Translations under genes and position numbers: made by a program | The notes under the pieces: generated by a model | Told to the model about the DNA's origin: nothing | What the model saw: the letters and a program-made list of their open reading frames with translations, nothing else | Database searches by the model: none | From: Selaginella moellendorffii | Taxonomy: Eukaryota; Plantae; Lycopodiophyta | Direction of reading: 5' to 3' | Length of the DNA stretch: 64,000 nucleotides | Assembly (NCBI RefSeq): GCF_000143415.4 | Contig: NW_003314362.1 | Span: 124,001-188,000, forward strand | In this document: piece by piece, positions 47,501 through 64,000 of the stretch | How positions within the stretch are numbered: the stretch's first letter is position 1 | How the letters are laid out: each line of letters starts with the position of its first letter

Positions 47501-49026
47501 CTCATTCACAACCTCCATAAGTCCAATCCAGGACTTGGGACTTGCTAGCCCCGAGAATGGCATCCATGCCACTTAACATTTGCACTTGGTCCAAGTGCTC
47601 CACGTGTCCGATCCCATGACCGACACTCAGAGGTACCACCGACATAGCAGCCCGTTACGCTAAGGCCATGCCCAATCACCTTTGCCACACTGGTAGTCCA
47701 ATACCACTTGCATCACCGTCTTGGCTCTCCAAGACTAGGCAAACCATCCGTGAGTGGTCATCTCAGATCCACTCCTTAGCATCCTTAGGATGCCCACCGA
47801 CAAGGGGAATAGCCTTCCTCAATATCCCTCTGTCAGTTCCCACTATGTCCCTTTCTGCCCCTGGCCGTGTTTGCCAACACTGCCACTGGATCGAGACCCA
47901 CAGGCCCGACCACTAAGTCCCACGGTCCTCTGGGACTTCCTCACCACACGACTGTGTCCTTGGTCACTACCCCAGAGGACTGCTCCTCTTCCTTTCCACA
48001 GTTTGGGCCTTTGGGACAACATTTCGGAACACCGTGGCCTTACGCGAGCCACCTGGGTACTCTCCTCGCCTTCTGCCCTTGGGTGCTCTAGCCATGGGCT
48101 TAGAGCGAGGTTCCGTTGAGCCACGCCTGGTATCCAAGTAGGTAGTGCCACCCACACTTGGACTGGGAGCATCGGCCAGTCGATCTCCCGGGGGAACTAG
48201 AGCCGGCTCTTGAACACTTCACCAAGCTACCCTGCTTGTCGGTCCGTGTTCACTCTAGTCTTGGACTTCCCAGTGGGCAACTCATCACCCAACACTGGGT
48301 CCGGCCTTCCTGGGCCAAACTGGCCTTTCCTGGCCAAACTGGCTCCACTGCAGTCCTCCCCCTACTATACTTTTGGAGCTCACCAAACCCCCCAGGGTCT
48401 GGGAGACGAACGCTTTGGGCTTTCACCCTCTCAGGCTCCGGACTCGGACTTGGACTCGGACTCGGACTCGGACTCGGACTCGGCCTCGGGCTCGGCCTCG
48501 GTCTCGGTCTCGGTCCCGATCTCGGTCTCGGTCTCGATCTCGGTCTCGGTCCCGGTCTCGGTCCCGGTCTCGGTCTCGACTTCGGACTCCATCTCGGACT
48601 CCATCTCGGACTCCATCTCGGGTCCATCTCGGACTCCACTTCGGACTCCAACTCGGGTCCATCTCGGGTCCACCTCGGACTCCACTTCGGACTCCTTCTC
48701 GGACTCCATCTCGGGTCCATCTCGGACTCCACTTCGGACTCCAACTCGGGTCCATCTCGGACTCCACTTCGGACTCCAACTCAGGTCCATCTCGGACTCC
48801 CACGTGTCATGTGTTGACCCTTTTGGGTCCCTTTTTGGAGCCTCGCCTTTTGCTCGCTTCGTGCTCGTTCCTCGAGCACTTCGTTGGGAGTTCCACTCCC
48901 GCTCTTGACTTTTCAAATCGGAGCTTTTGGTCCAAACGTGTTACGCTCGTTTGGCTCTCGCTTCAGCCACTACCATGTGGCGCCCTTCCAGCTCCACTTT
49001 GGGGCCTAGGGATTTTGTGTCTCACA
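41578..49026 (-). mobile_element. Intact two-LTR copy of the non-autonomous LTR element (7449 bp)
   Basis: Perfect TSD ACTTC (41573-41577, 49027-49031). LTRs 41578-43286 and 47435-49026 are nearly identical outside the tandem array. PBS left of 47435, PPT right of 43286. The ~4.15 kb interior is collinear with 17281-21397. Confidence 0.95.
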
Positions 49027-50109
49027 ACTTCCTGCAAACAAATATCAAATGGAAGAACATGTGGAAAAAAAATGATAAAAGTATCCAAGAATACATGGTA
49101 TTGCAGGTCATGTTCATTCGAGGGTGAGGAGGTTGAATATAAATATGTTCTAAACTTATGTGTTGAAGATAGCACGGCTTATGTTTGGGCTGTTGCATTT
49201 CATGATGCTGCTAAAGAAATAGTTGGTTTGCCACCAATTGAATTTGAACAACTCTAAAATTTGGATTATGACAGATTTTGTTCATATATTGATGGTATTT
49301 AAGAGAAAAAATTTGCAATAAAGATGTGTTCTAGTCTCGAAAAATACCTCAATGGAGAGAGAATTAAATACATCATAGTTGGTGTGGATATATGAGGTGG
49401 TTTATCTTAATTTAGTTTAAATGCTCTAAAAACATTATGAAAATGAAGCCTCAAGTTGCAATCCTCATGAAAATATCTTGTCTTGAGAAATGTGCTTTCA
49501 AGTTCAATGTTTTTATTTGAATAATATATTACTTATTTTAGAACTACTGTTTTTTTACCACATTTTTTTTTTAGAAAGCTTGTTTTGCATCCTGAAATTA
49601 CATTTTTTTAGTAGCATAATTGCACAATGCAACTATGCTTAATGAGAGAATGAACTTTTTTATCCCTATGTTTGCCACTTTGCAGCTTCAAATCTTTGAT
49701 TGTGATTTGTTTCATATATACAAGCTTGTATATGGTCATCGAATCCCATACTACTCATGGTGCCTATCACAATTTATGCAGATCTTGCAACAGCTAAACT
49801 GGTAAACAGGTTTTTAAGAAGCCTGTAACACTATTGACTGGAGAGAGTGATGTTTAGCTACTCACTCCTTGGGAGGAATAATGAATCTTAGTTCCACAAT
49901 TTGCATAAATTATCCAGTTTAGACTATCAAGAATCAAGAACAGCCCTAAAGTATTTTCTCTTGCACAAGAGTATCATTTATGGATAAAGGAAATAGCCAT
50001 ATATGTTCCATTCGAGTGATAAAATAACAAACTCTGGCAAGTGTTTCTCTATCGTTTTCTTATGATTTTTTCTATGTTTTATCTCTCTAAATTTAGCAGT
50101 GTGAGTTAT

Positions 50110-50460
50110 AGATACGGATGCTCCAGACAGAAATAGCGTCAGCTGGAAATCAATGCTCGCTTGTGGTATCTAAATGCCTCTTTGACAGGCTCTCCAGGCA
50201 TTTGCCTAGAAAGGGCACCTTGCACAAAGCCAACGTTTGACGGCTTAATTGGCAGGATATGCCCGTTTCGGGCATCTGGATAATGACGTGAGCTTTAGGA
50301 TTGGAGACAGTGGGTTCTCATAGCTGCCTGGCGGATGGAGAATGCAAAGAAGATCGTCGAGATCGATGGCTAGTGTTGGAATGCGATTGCGTCCAGAATG
50401 GACTTCCAAGAGATGGCTTGCCGTAGTTTGCTGAGGAGCTTCCGTTGGATGCTACAGGCA
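50110..50460 (+). pseudogene. Degenerate pentatricopeptide-repeat (PPR) gene relic
   Basis: Fragments DRNSVSWKSMLA, AGYARFGHLD and WNAI in different frames resemble PLS-class PPR motifs. Confidence 0.45.
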
Positions 50461-50510
50461 GGCAGGCAGTGCCACCGGAGAAATTGTACGTGATCTATTC
50501 TAACAAATGA

Positions 50511-50975
50511 CTATGCGCTTGGTTTCTGCGGAATTCGTCCACTCCCCGATAAATTCTTCGCTCTTGTCGCTGTGGCATTCCTCTCGGGCCTTTTGCTCTT
50601 GCGGTGTTTCCACTCCCAGATTGCGGTCCTCAGATCGTCCATCTTGGAGATGCTGACAAGGAAAGGCGCGAGCTTGACAAGCTCCTGTGGCACTCGAGAA
50701 GGAGGAGATGGGCAGGCATTGTTCTTGTATGTCTCGGGCTTGTCATCAATCACCACAACCTTCTTCATGTCCCTGCCCAGGAGCGCCGCCGGTTTGATCA
50801 CAAAATCTATGCAAGAGTTACCATGGGTGGTCATGGTCGTCGATCATCTTCTCCTGCGTCCCCGCGGTGAAGATGACCACTTCATACCCCCCTTGACCGC
50901 CTCCGGGCCGCTTCACGGCGCCATCGATGAGGGTGTTGTCCAGATCGAGCACGAGTGTGGGCCAGCGGCCTGGCC
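50511..50975 (-). pseudogene. SCP/FCP1 (NIF, HAD-family) CTD-phosphatase-like pseudogene
   Basis: PTLVLDLDNTLI (DxDxT), VKRPG, YEVVIFTAG and LLGRDMKKVVVIDDKPETY occur in order but in different frames with internal deletions. Confidence 0.7.
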
Positions 50976-51020
50976 ATAAACTCTTCCTTTTGCCCTAAAC
51001 CGGCCCTTAGGTTTGGTGCC

Positions 51021-52818
51021 ATGGCGCCAATTGATCACCCCGCAAGCTGCGATTTTGAGGAAGCTCTAGCTGCGGCTGCCCGTGGCATCAACGTATCAGG
51101 TAAAGGAGAGAGATTGAGATCTCGAGAGCTAGTCGTGTAGGCTCACAGTTCGTGCCGCTTTGCAGCCATGCATGTGACCCTTGTGGTCACGAGCGCGGCC
51201 AAAATCCCATTGTTGTTGCAACTCCTGCGCTCCCGAGCAATCTCTAATTGTTGGGGGCTGGTAGGGCGCATGAGCGAGGACGAATGGATGCTGCGAGCCT
51301 TGAGCTTTGTGGTGGCCACCCCGGAGGAAGTCCGTGGCACCGCTTTGTTTTCCTCCCGCCTTGAGGCGCTTGTGCTGGACAAAGCAGCTGTGGCGCAAAA
51401 CACTTTTTTCCACGAGGTTTGTCCTTGGCTTCTGTTCACTCACACTAAGTGTGTCACTCGTGCGCAGCTCTTGTATGAATCACGACATCGTAAGCTTCCC
51501 GTGTTTCCTGCGCAACCACGAGTACCAGTCTTTCGGAGGTTTGGAATTTTGTTTTCTTCTGCTCTCGCTAAACTCTACACTGTCCATCAGGCCGTGGCAG
51601 CACGGCGTGAGCGCAATGAAGGGCTGGGTGGATCCCAGGGACCGCTCCAGTGTCAAGGGGGAGCTGCGTTCCTCCTTGGAGGAAACTCTACCAGGTGATA
51701 TATACACTACCAGGATTGATTAGCCTTGCTCAAGTTAGTGTCCTTTGTGTTTTGCCAGAAGTGCTGTCTTGCTCTGGCCTTGGAGACTCGTGGTTTGACT
51801 CAGCTGTGGAAAGCTTTGCCGATGGTGACAGCATAGTGCAGCAGGACTGGTCCGCGATTCTGAGCTACATGCCTGGCGTTTTCCATCGCCTTGCTCGCGG
51901 AGATAAATGGCTCACGCTTGTCCTGGCACCCGACTGCAGGGCTGCTCCCATCGCCCGGTTTATGCAAGTGTTTGCTCGTCACTTCGGACTGCCGGAAGAG
52001 CTGGTTGGCCTCCAAGCGGCCAGCCGAGTTGCCGTTGGTTCCCCCGAGAGATTTCACCCAAGCAACAGGTTGAGCGACGTCTGCCAGCTCATACTGGTCG
52101 AGGCGGACAAGCTCTTTGCGTCACACAGGCCCGAGGTGAGCTCGCTCTCTCTCTCGTGGTCACTTCCGTAGCTGTCTTGCCTTGTGTGTCACAGATGGAG
52201 TGGATCGTGGAGCGGCTGGAAGAGGATGTCCAGATCGGTTTGCACTCGGAGACGCTGCCTCCTGAGGTGGAAGACCTGGCGTCGAGGTTTGCCAAGCGCC
52301 ATCGGTGGGAAAGGCTAGACAAGGCCGGCGCCAGCATGGATGGCATCCGCCAGTTCTACGCTTGCGTGGACGATGAGAGCTGCAAACTAGACGAGCTATG
52401 CCGGCTGTGCAAAGAGCTGAGGCGGCGCTTCAAAGTCCAGGCGGCGGTGGTGTGCAACAGCAGTGCCAGGGTGGTGGAGGTGGTGGAGGAGATGAGGAAG
52501 CGGGGCTTGTCCGCGTTTGGGATTCACAGCGGCATGGGCGAGAGGGAGGTGGAGCTTATCAAGCGGAGCGAGCAAAGGTCCGTGATCGTCACAGATCATG
52601 GCTGCTCCAAGGGGGCTCGAGACGTGATCAACTTTGAGATGCCACTGTCTCCCGGGGACTACTTTGAGCGTGCTTCCAAGCAGCGGGACCAGGTGACCAA
52701 AGTGGTGATTAGTCTTGTTGTCGGGGGGCAAGAGTGTGAGCTACTGGATCGCGTGAGGAGTCTGTATGGGGTCGACATAGATTTGTTGCCTTCTCAGCCC
52801 AAGAGACCTGTATTATGA
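51021..52818 (+). CDS. Divergent eIF4A-like DEAD-box pseudo-helicase (~501 aa)
   Basis: Exons 51021-51099, 51166-51416, 51468-51538, 51591-51694, 51759-52135 and 52195-52818 join in frame. eIF4A-like segments: TLVLAP, VAVGSPER, LILVEADKL, VQIGLHSETLPPEV, GIRQFYACVDDESCKLDELC, VINFEMPLSPGDYFER, LYGVDIDLLPS. Confidence 0.75.
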
Positions 52819-55230
52819 TGTAGTAATGTGACCATCTTCGTAATCTAGTTTTGAAGAAGGGTCCAGTGTTCTGTGTGCAATCTGAGGTTGGCACCGGCAA
52901 ATCTTGCAACACTAGAACTCAGGAATTAGTCCATGAATTTGGAAACCTGGTGTACAATCAGTCTTTCATGTGGCTTGAGCTCCACAAATACTCGAGCTGT
53001 AAACAATTCTTTCGACATCGACCAGTTTAAGCTCTTCATTAACATCCAAAATTTTCCTTAAATTCACCCTTAATATTAAGAGTAAGTGTCAAAAGGCCCG
53101 ACACCAGTTCTTGCTTCACACAAACTTTGTTATCAATCCCACCATTTTACATTAGAAGATTTTAACCTAATTTGAAATTTTAATGTTATTCTTTTCATAT
53201 CAATATTAGCTAATTATAGTATTAGTCATTTTTTGTAATAAAAACTTTGGATAATGATAACCTTAGCCATTACGTTATACCTAACAGCATTAGACTAACA
53301 AAACTCTCAGGAATGTTAAGCATGTGATGGAAGAGGATTCTACAAGCAAGGAATCAAAATTTCCCTTGTGTCAATAACAAAAAATCATGGATCACACAGC
53401 AAGAATTTCCTAGATCACTAGCACCATAGGAACAAAGATCTCTATGGAAGAGGAAGGATTCCACAAGCAAGAAATCATGAAAATTTCCAGGAATCAAGAG
53501 CATTACCTTGTGTGAGAGGGGGAAGTCTCCATGGATGGGCCACAATCCCTTGCAAACGTAGCAATCCGCTGGGCAGGTCGACTGCATTGTCCCCAACAGC
53601 AGCACCATTGCAAGATTGGCCATCTTGTTTGTGAGCATATAAGGTGTGTTGGTGATTGCCACACCACACTCCTTGCACTTTCCATGCTGAACGACCGACA
53701 CGATCTCCAGCTGCAGCAGCCTCACCACTGCCAATGCCTTGAACTTGTGATTGACGACCAGCTTGAATCTAGCTCCTGAGTGTTGCAGCAGCATCACAAG
53801 TGAAAGCCCTATACAATATTCATGGAATAATTTAATCCTAATGCTACAAAAGTGTAGCATTAGGATTTATGCAAAAAATGCAAAAGAAATGCTAGCTTAC
53901 TTTAATGTTAATTTTTGGTGTAAACAAGTTACCATTAAATTCAACAACTAAATTAGAGTTTGCATTTACACCAATACTTAAAGTTATACTTAAATATTAG
54001 TCTTCTCTGCAAGCTTGGCTGCAATAGTTGTCCAGCAAGCTGGAGGTGGCTGACACTTCTTACGACTCTCAGCTCTGCCTTGCAAAATACTCTTCCCTCT
54101 TGAGATCAATTAGAGCATGAGTCTCATCTGAAGTTTAGTTGTGTCCACTTTTTTGCCTTGACATTGGATCATCTTCAAGCAGCTCCACATCTGCTATTTC
54201 CTCAGCTGTTGCTTCCTCAGTTGCTAATCCCTCAACATTCACCTCTAGTCTCTCCAACTTGATGAAAATGATATAAATGCATTCTAGGAATACCTGGATT
54301 GGAGCTGAAGTCTTACGTGCTTTAGGCATCCTTGCATGTGTGTGAATATGAATGCAGGAGGTGAAGGTGGCAACATTGTCGGCAAAGAAGCTGAGCACCG
54401 AGTTCCAAGAGATGACAGTCCATGGGTTAGTTATTCGCTGTTAGGTTGGAATGGGAATATGCTATACTCAACGCATTAGAGCTAGGAACATGGTGGTGGA
54501 TGAGGAGTCTCTTCCCCAAGATGTTACAACATATTGTCCAAGCACTTGAAGATGAAGATGGAGAGAAGCTTACCAAGCTCACCAGAAAGGTTATGGAAAT
54601 TTATCCTTCTTTACGAATTCAAAGAAGATCTGGAAGAACATGAGCAGCTTGACTTCTCCTGCACGGTTTGCAAAAGATGAAGATGAAGAAGACAATACAA
54701 TTATGCATTTTTATATTCGATTAATAATAAAAACACATTTTGACTCGTATCAGTTGTGTCAGTTGCGAGAACTTGTATCACAACCTGATGTAGTATGATC
54801 AAGTACCATCATACTACACCAGATTAAGTTGTAGCAACTGATACCGTTGCTCGCGTGCCCGGCATCACGAGGCACGCAGCCCCTTCACCGAGATCCTCCC
54901 AGCCACGCCAAATGGTATCTCCCAGCCTCCATCCAAAGTCCTGGAGCACTGCTTTTCCTAGCATCCTGGCATGGCTGTACGCCATGAGATCAGTCCCTTC
55001 TTCTTTGTTTTCTTGGATGGAGCACTGATGAGAAAGAAGGTCGAGGCTCATGGACTCCCAGCACAGCGATTCACAGCGGCATGGGAGCAAGGACCTCAGA
55101 GTGGCCCGAGATGGAGGAACATGAACGTGGGAATGGAGGGTGTGAGAAGACCCCCACAACAAACTTGCAAACTTGTTTGCACAGTCCCATGCTTCCTGCT
55201 GGGCACTGCAAGAGTGCCCAAACAAAATAT

Positions 55231-55254
55231 AGATAGATAGATAGATAGATAGAT
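55231..55254. repeat. (AGAT)6 microsatellite
   Basis: Direct reading. Confidence 0.9.
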
Positions 55255-55603
55255 TTATAAGTTATTCTTGTATGCTTGAGGGCTCCTAACAACTCCCACA
55301 GAACTAGAAGAAATTAATTTGTTAGTTCTTCAAGGCATCCTGCAAAATCTTGTAAAAACGTAAGAGACATGCCCAGCCTGTGCTTATGGCATTCGGAATA
55401 GTAAGCAACATAGCCATTGCGATCGTTCCTACGTCGGCAGTGCCATGACTGAAAGTAAAAAACAGAAAAACGAGGCGATGTAGCGATATAGCTTTTCAAC
55501 GAATTCGTGAGTAGCGTTGCTTCTTCTCCGGTTCGTGACGCTGGAAGCCTGGCAGACGCAGCGTCCGATTTGCCGAAAAGTCTGTATCATATTCTTCTGC
55601 TTT

Positions 55604-56612
55604 CTATCTGAATTCTTCGCCAGATTTCTTGCGAAGCCACTGCCTCTTTGCTGCATGCGTCGAGTGTTTCTTCTTGTTTCGATGGCTCGCATGGGTGTCA
55701 TAGACAGGAAGTTGTGCCCACTCAGACGAATCGCTAGAAGTGGAAACGGTTGAATGTGAAACTTCTGGCATTTGCTCGCAGAGAACCACCGCTACTGCCG
55801 TTTCATCTGGCTCGCCTCGAGTTTCAACGCCAACAGTTGATCCTCTCGAGCAAATCTCTTTTACATGAGCGACGTCTTGCGTGTGAATCTCGGCCCGGCA
55901 AACCGGACAAGACGCAGTGGAGTCTGCAGGAAGCCACTTCCACCAGTCCGAGAAACAATCACTGCGAGCGAGAAAAAATGATAAGAGAGAGAAAAAAGAG
56001 AGAGGAAATACCTGTGGAAGCAATGGAAGCAGGACATGAGCTTCATGTAATGTTGATGAGCGTGATCCAATGCCAAAGGAAACAAGCAAAAGCAGCAATC
56101 TCCTTCCGGATAGTTGTTTGATGTCAAAAAATCCACTGCAAACTGGAAGCTAGAATGAATGAACCATTTCTTTGTGATTCATGCACACCTCAGAGATTGT
56201 GACCAGCATCGGCTCGTTGGACAAACGATTTGCCTCCAGCTCCAGGCCAGTGAGGAGATTGATCTGCCGAGACACATCCAATCCCTTGACAAGCACAAGC
56301 TCGAATTTTGGGGGATGGCTTGGATACTACTGCACACACATTCTCCAGCCAGTTTGCCAAATGGAACTTCGCAAATTCACTACCTTGTCGCCTGCCTTGA
56401 TCGAGAGAACAATCTCCACAAACTGCCCCAAGAAACTCTCGAATGAATGTGGATCGATTGCAAGAAGGCGAAACGTTTACCTGCAAAGGAAGCTCGTCCG
56501 CCGTGCGCGGCTTGAGAAGGACCTCCAAATGAGGAGGCCATCGCTGCAAAATCTTACAGTCGTGGCGATACACGGCATCCATTGCCTCGAGCTCCAAGCT
56601 CACGTCCTCCAT
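55604..56612 (-). CDS. RWD domain plus RING-H2 E3 ubiquitin ligase (RNF25-like)
   Basis: MEDVSLELEAMDAVY...LLKPRTAD...YPSHPPKF (RWD), then GDCCFCLFPL...SCFHCFH|SDCF...WW...CPVCR (RING), across short introns. Confidence 0.88.
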
Positions 56613-57410
56613 CTCCTCCCCGGGAAGAACAAATTCTAGGGTTTAACATTAGGGTAGCGTGGAATATTCTAAAAGAAATAAGAGTTCTTACAGCGCAGTG
56701 GAATATTCGCCTGTGGTGTGTGATCTTCCCGCGGTTTTCGAGACGAAGGGGAGAAGAAGTTGCCCGCCGACAAGCCGGCGGCGACGGCGCCGGAAAGCAC
56801 GACCGGCACACGCAGCGTTACAATACGGCTAGGAGCGTAGGCTACGGGCTCTAGCGCCAATGGCCGGCGCGAGAATACGTATCAATACGCGCATCGATAT
56901 AATGAGAAAGTACAACAGACGAACAGGGAAGAGGTGAGCGCTGTGTGCGGAGGGGGCGGCCCCCGCCACGCGGCGCCCTGCCACTGGCGGGAGACCAGCG
57001 ATGCCAATGCTGCCACGCCACGTGGATGCCGTCATTGTCTCCCTCTCTCATTACACTGTGGGCGCTACCATTCGTTCGTGGCGAGGAGGAGAAGAGCTTG
57101 TCTCGTATCGCCAGTGTCGATCGCCGCGAGGTCTAGGGTTTTCGTGGAGCGGAGGCGCTGTGGAACGGCTAGGCCGCGGCCGCGAGGCGCCAGTGATTGC
57201 GCCAGCATTTGATCGGCTTCCGGGGGATTTTAGGGTGCCCGCGAGGTTTTGATCGGGTTTTAGGGCTTGCGGGAGGAGGAAGAAGGAGGAGCTGGGAAGC
57301 CGTCCGAGAATGCGAAGAATTTCGTTCCACGGGGTATGTGGTTTTGTTTTTGCCCTTGTCTCATTTATTAGTTTTAGCGTGTCTAAAGAGAATGAGGTAC
57401 CTATATAGAT

Positions 57411-64000
<6,590 letters not shown>

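Larger units (their letters stand above)
34070..49395 (+). pseudogene. RPA70 (RPA1)-like ssDNA-binding protein pseudogene, split by two insertions
   Basis: 34445-34548 IAIASLTNHS*KWSFKARVTHKDSIR continues in frame at 40926 as FTTKCISWVFNFYVADSTSSEI (OB-fold DBD-A). 41561-41577 joined to 49032 onward gives DFCYTSCKQISNGRTCGKKM...WYCRSC...YKYVLNLCVEDSTAYVWAVAFHDAAKEIVG (DBD-C with C4 zinc ribbon). Several stops; 5' limit uncertain. Confidence 0.8.

Noticed and set aside
16442-49257. Many overlapping 150-360 aa ORFs rich in SD, GL, RS, SP and ESEM repeats in the LTRs
   Set aside because: Artefacts of stop-free 6/12 bp tandem arrays that are open in several frames at once; lengths and frames differ between LTR copies.
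49400-50260. 3' terminus of an outer RPA-bearing Helitron
   Set aside because: No convincing hairpin plus CTRR|T found; the candidate at ~50196-50209 has the wrong spacing and lies in a PPR relic.
53354-55225. Short ORFs, including a weak PPR-like VISWNSVLS fragment near 54390-54420
   Set aside because: No coherent exon chain or recognisable domain; probably decayed fragments.

Overview
Eukaryotic plant genomic DNA. Very short (~50-70 bp) GT-AG introns, compact GC-rich genes and F-box/PPR relics suggest a lycophyte such as Selaginella; this is an inference. Two gene-bearing flanks surround a ~40 kb nested transposon island. Left flank: a DHH/DHHA1 phosphoesterase gene (-), a 6-exon ~850 aa orphan gene (+) and two F-box paralogues. 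The island (~10.7-49.4 kb) contains: (1) a rearranged Ty3/Gypsy element with a fold-back copy of its integrase; (2) inside its RNase H, a 13.2 kb non-autonomous LTR element carrying four LTRs; (3) several TRIMs whose LTRs contain a 5S rRNA internal-promoter segment (Cassandra-like), plus a second TRIM family; (4) an RPA70-like pseudogene split by a precisely bounded 6.4 kb Helitron and by a second, two-LTR copy of the non-autonomous element. The Helitron carries RepHel and a captured UDP-glycosyltransferase fragment flanked by a 108 bp direct repeat. Right flank: PPR and CTD-phosphatase relics, an apparently intact but catalytically dead eIF4A-like gene with a duplicated N-terminal RecA domain, an RWD-RING (RNF25-like) E3 ligase (-), and a CHD3/CHR4-like remodeller (+) with an in-frame N-terminal PWWP domain that runs off the window end. 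All protein identifications are by motif recognition; no database searches were run.
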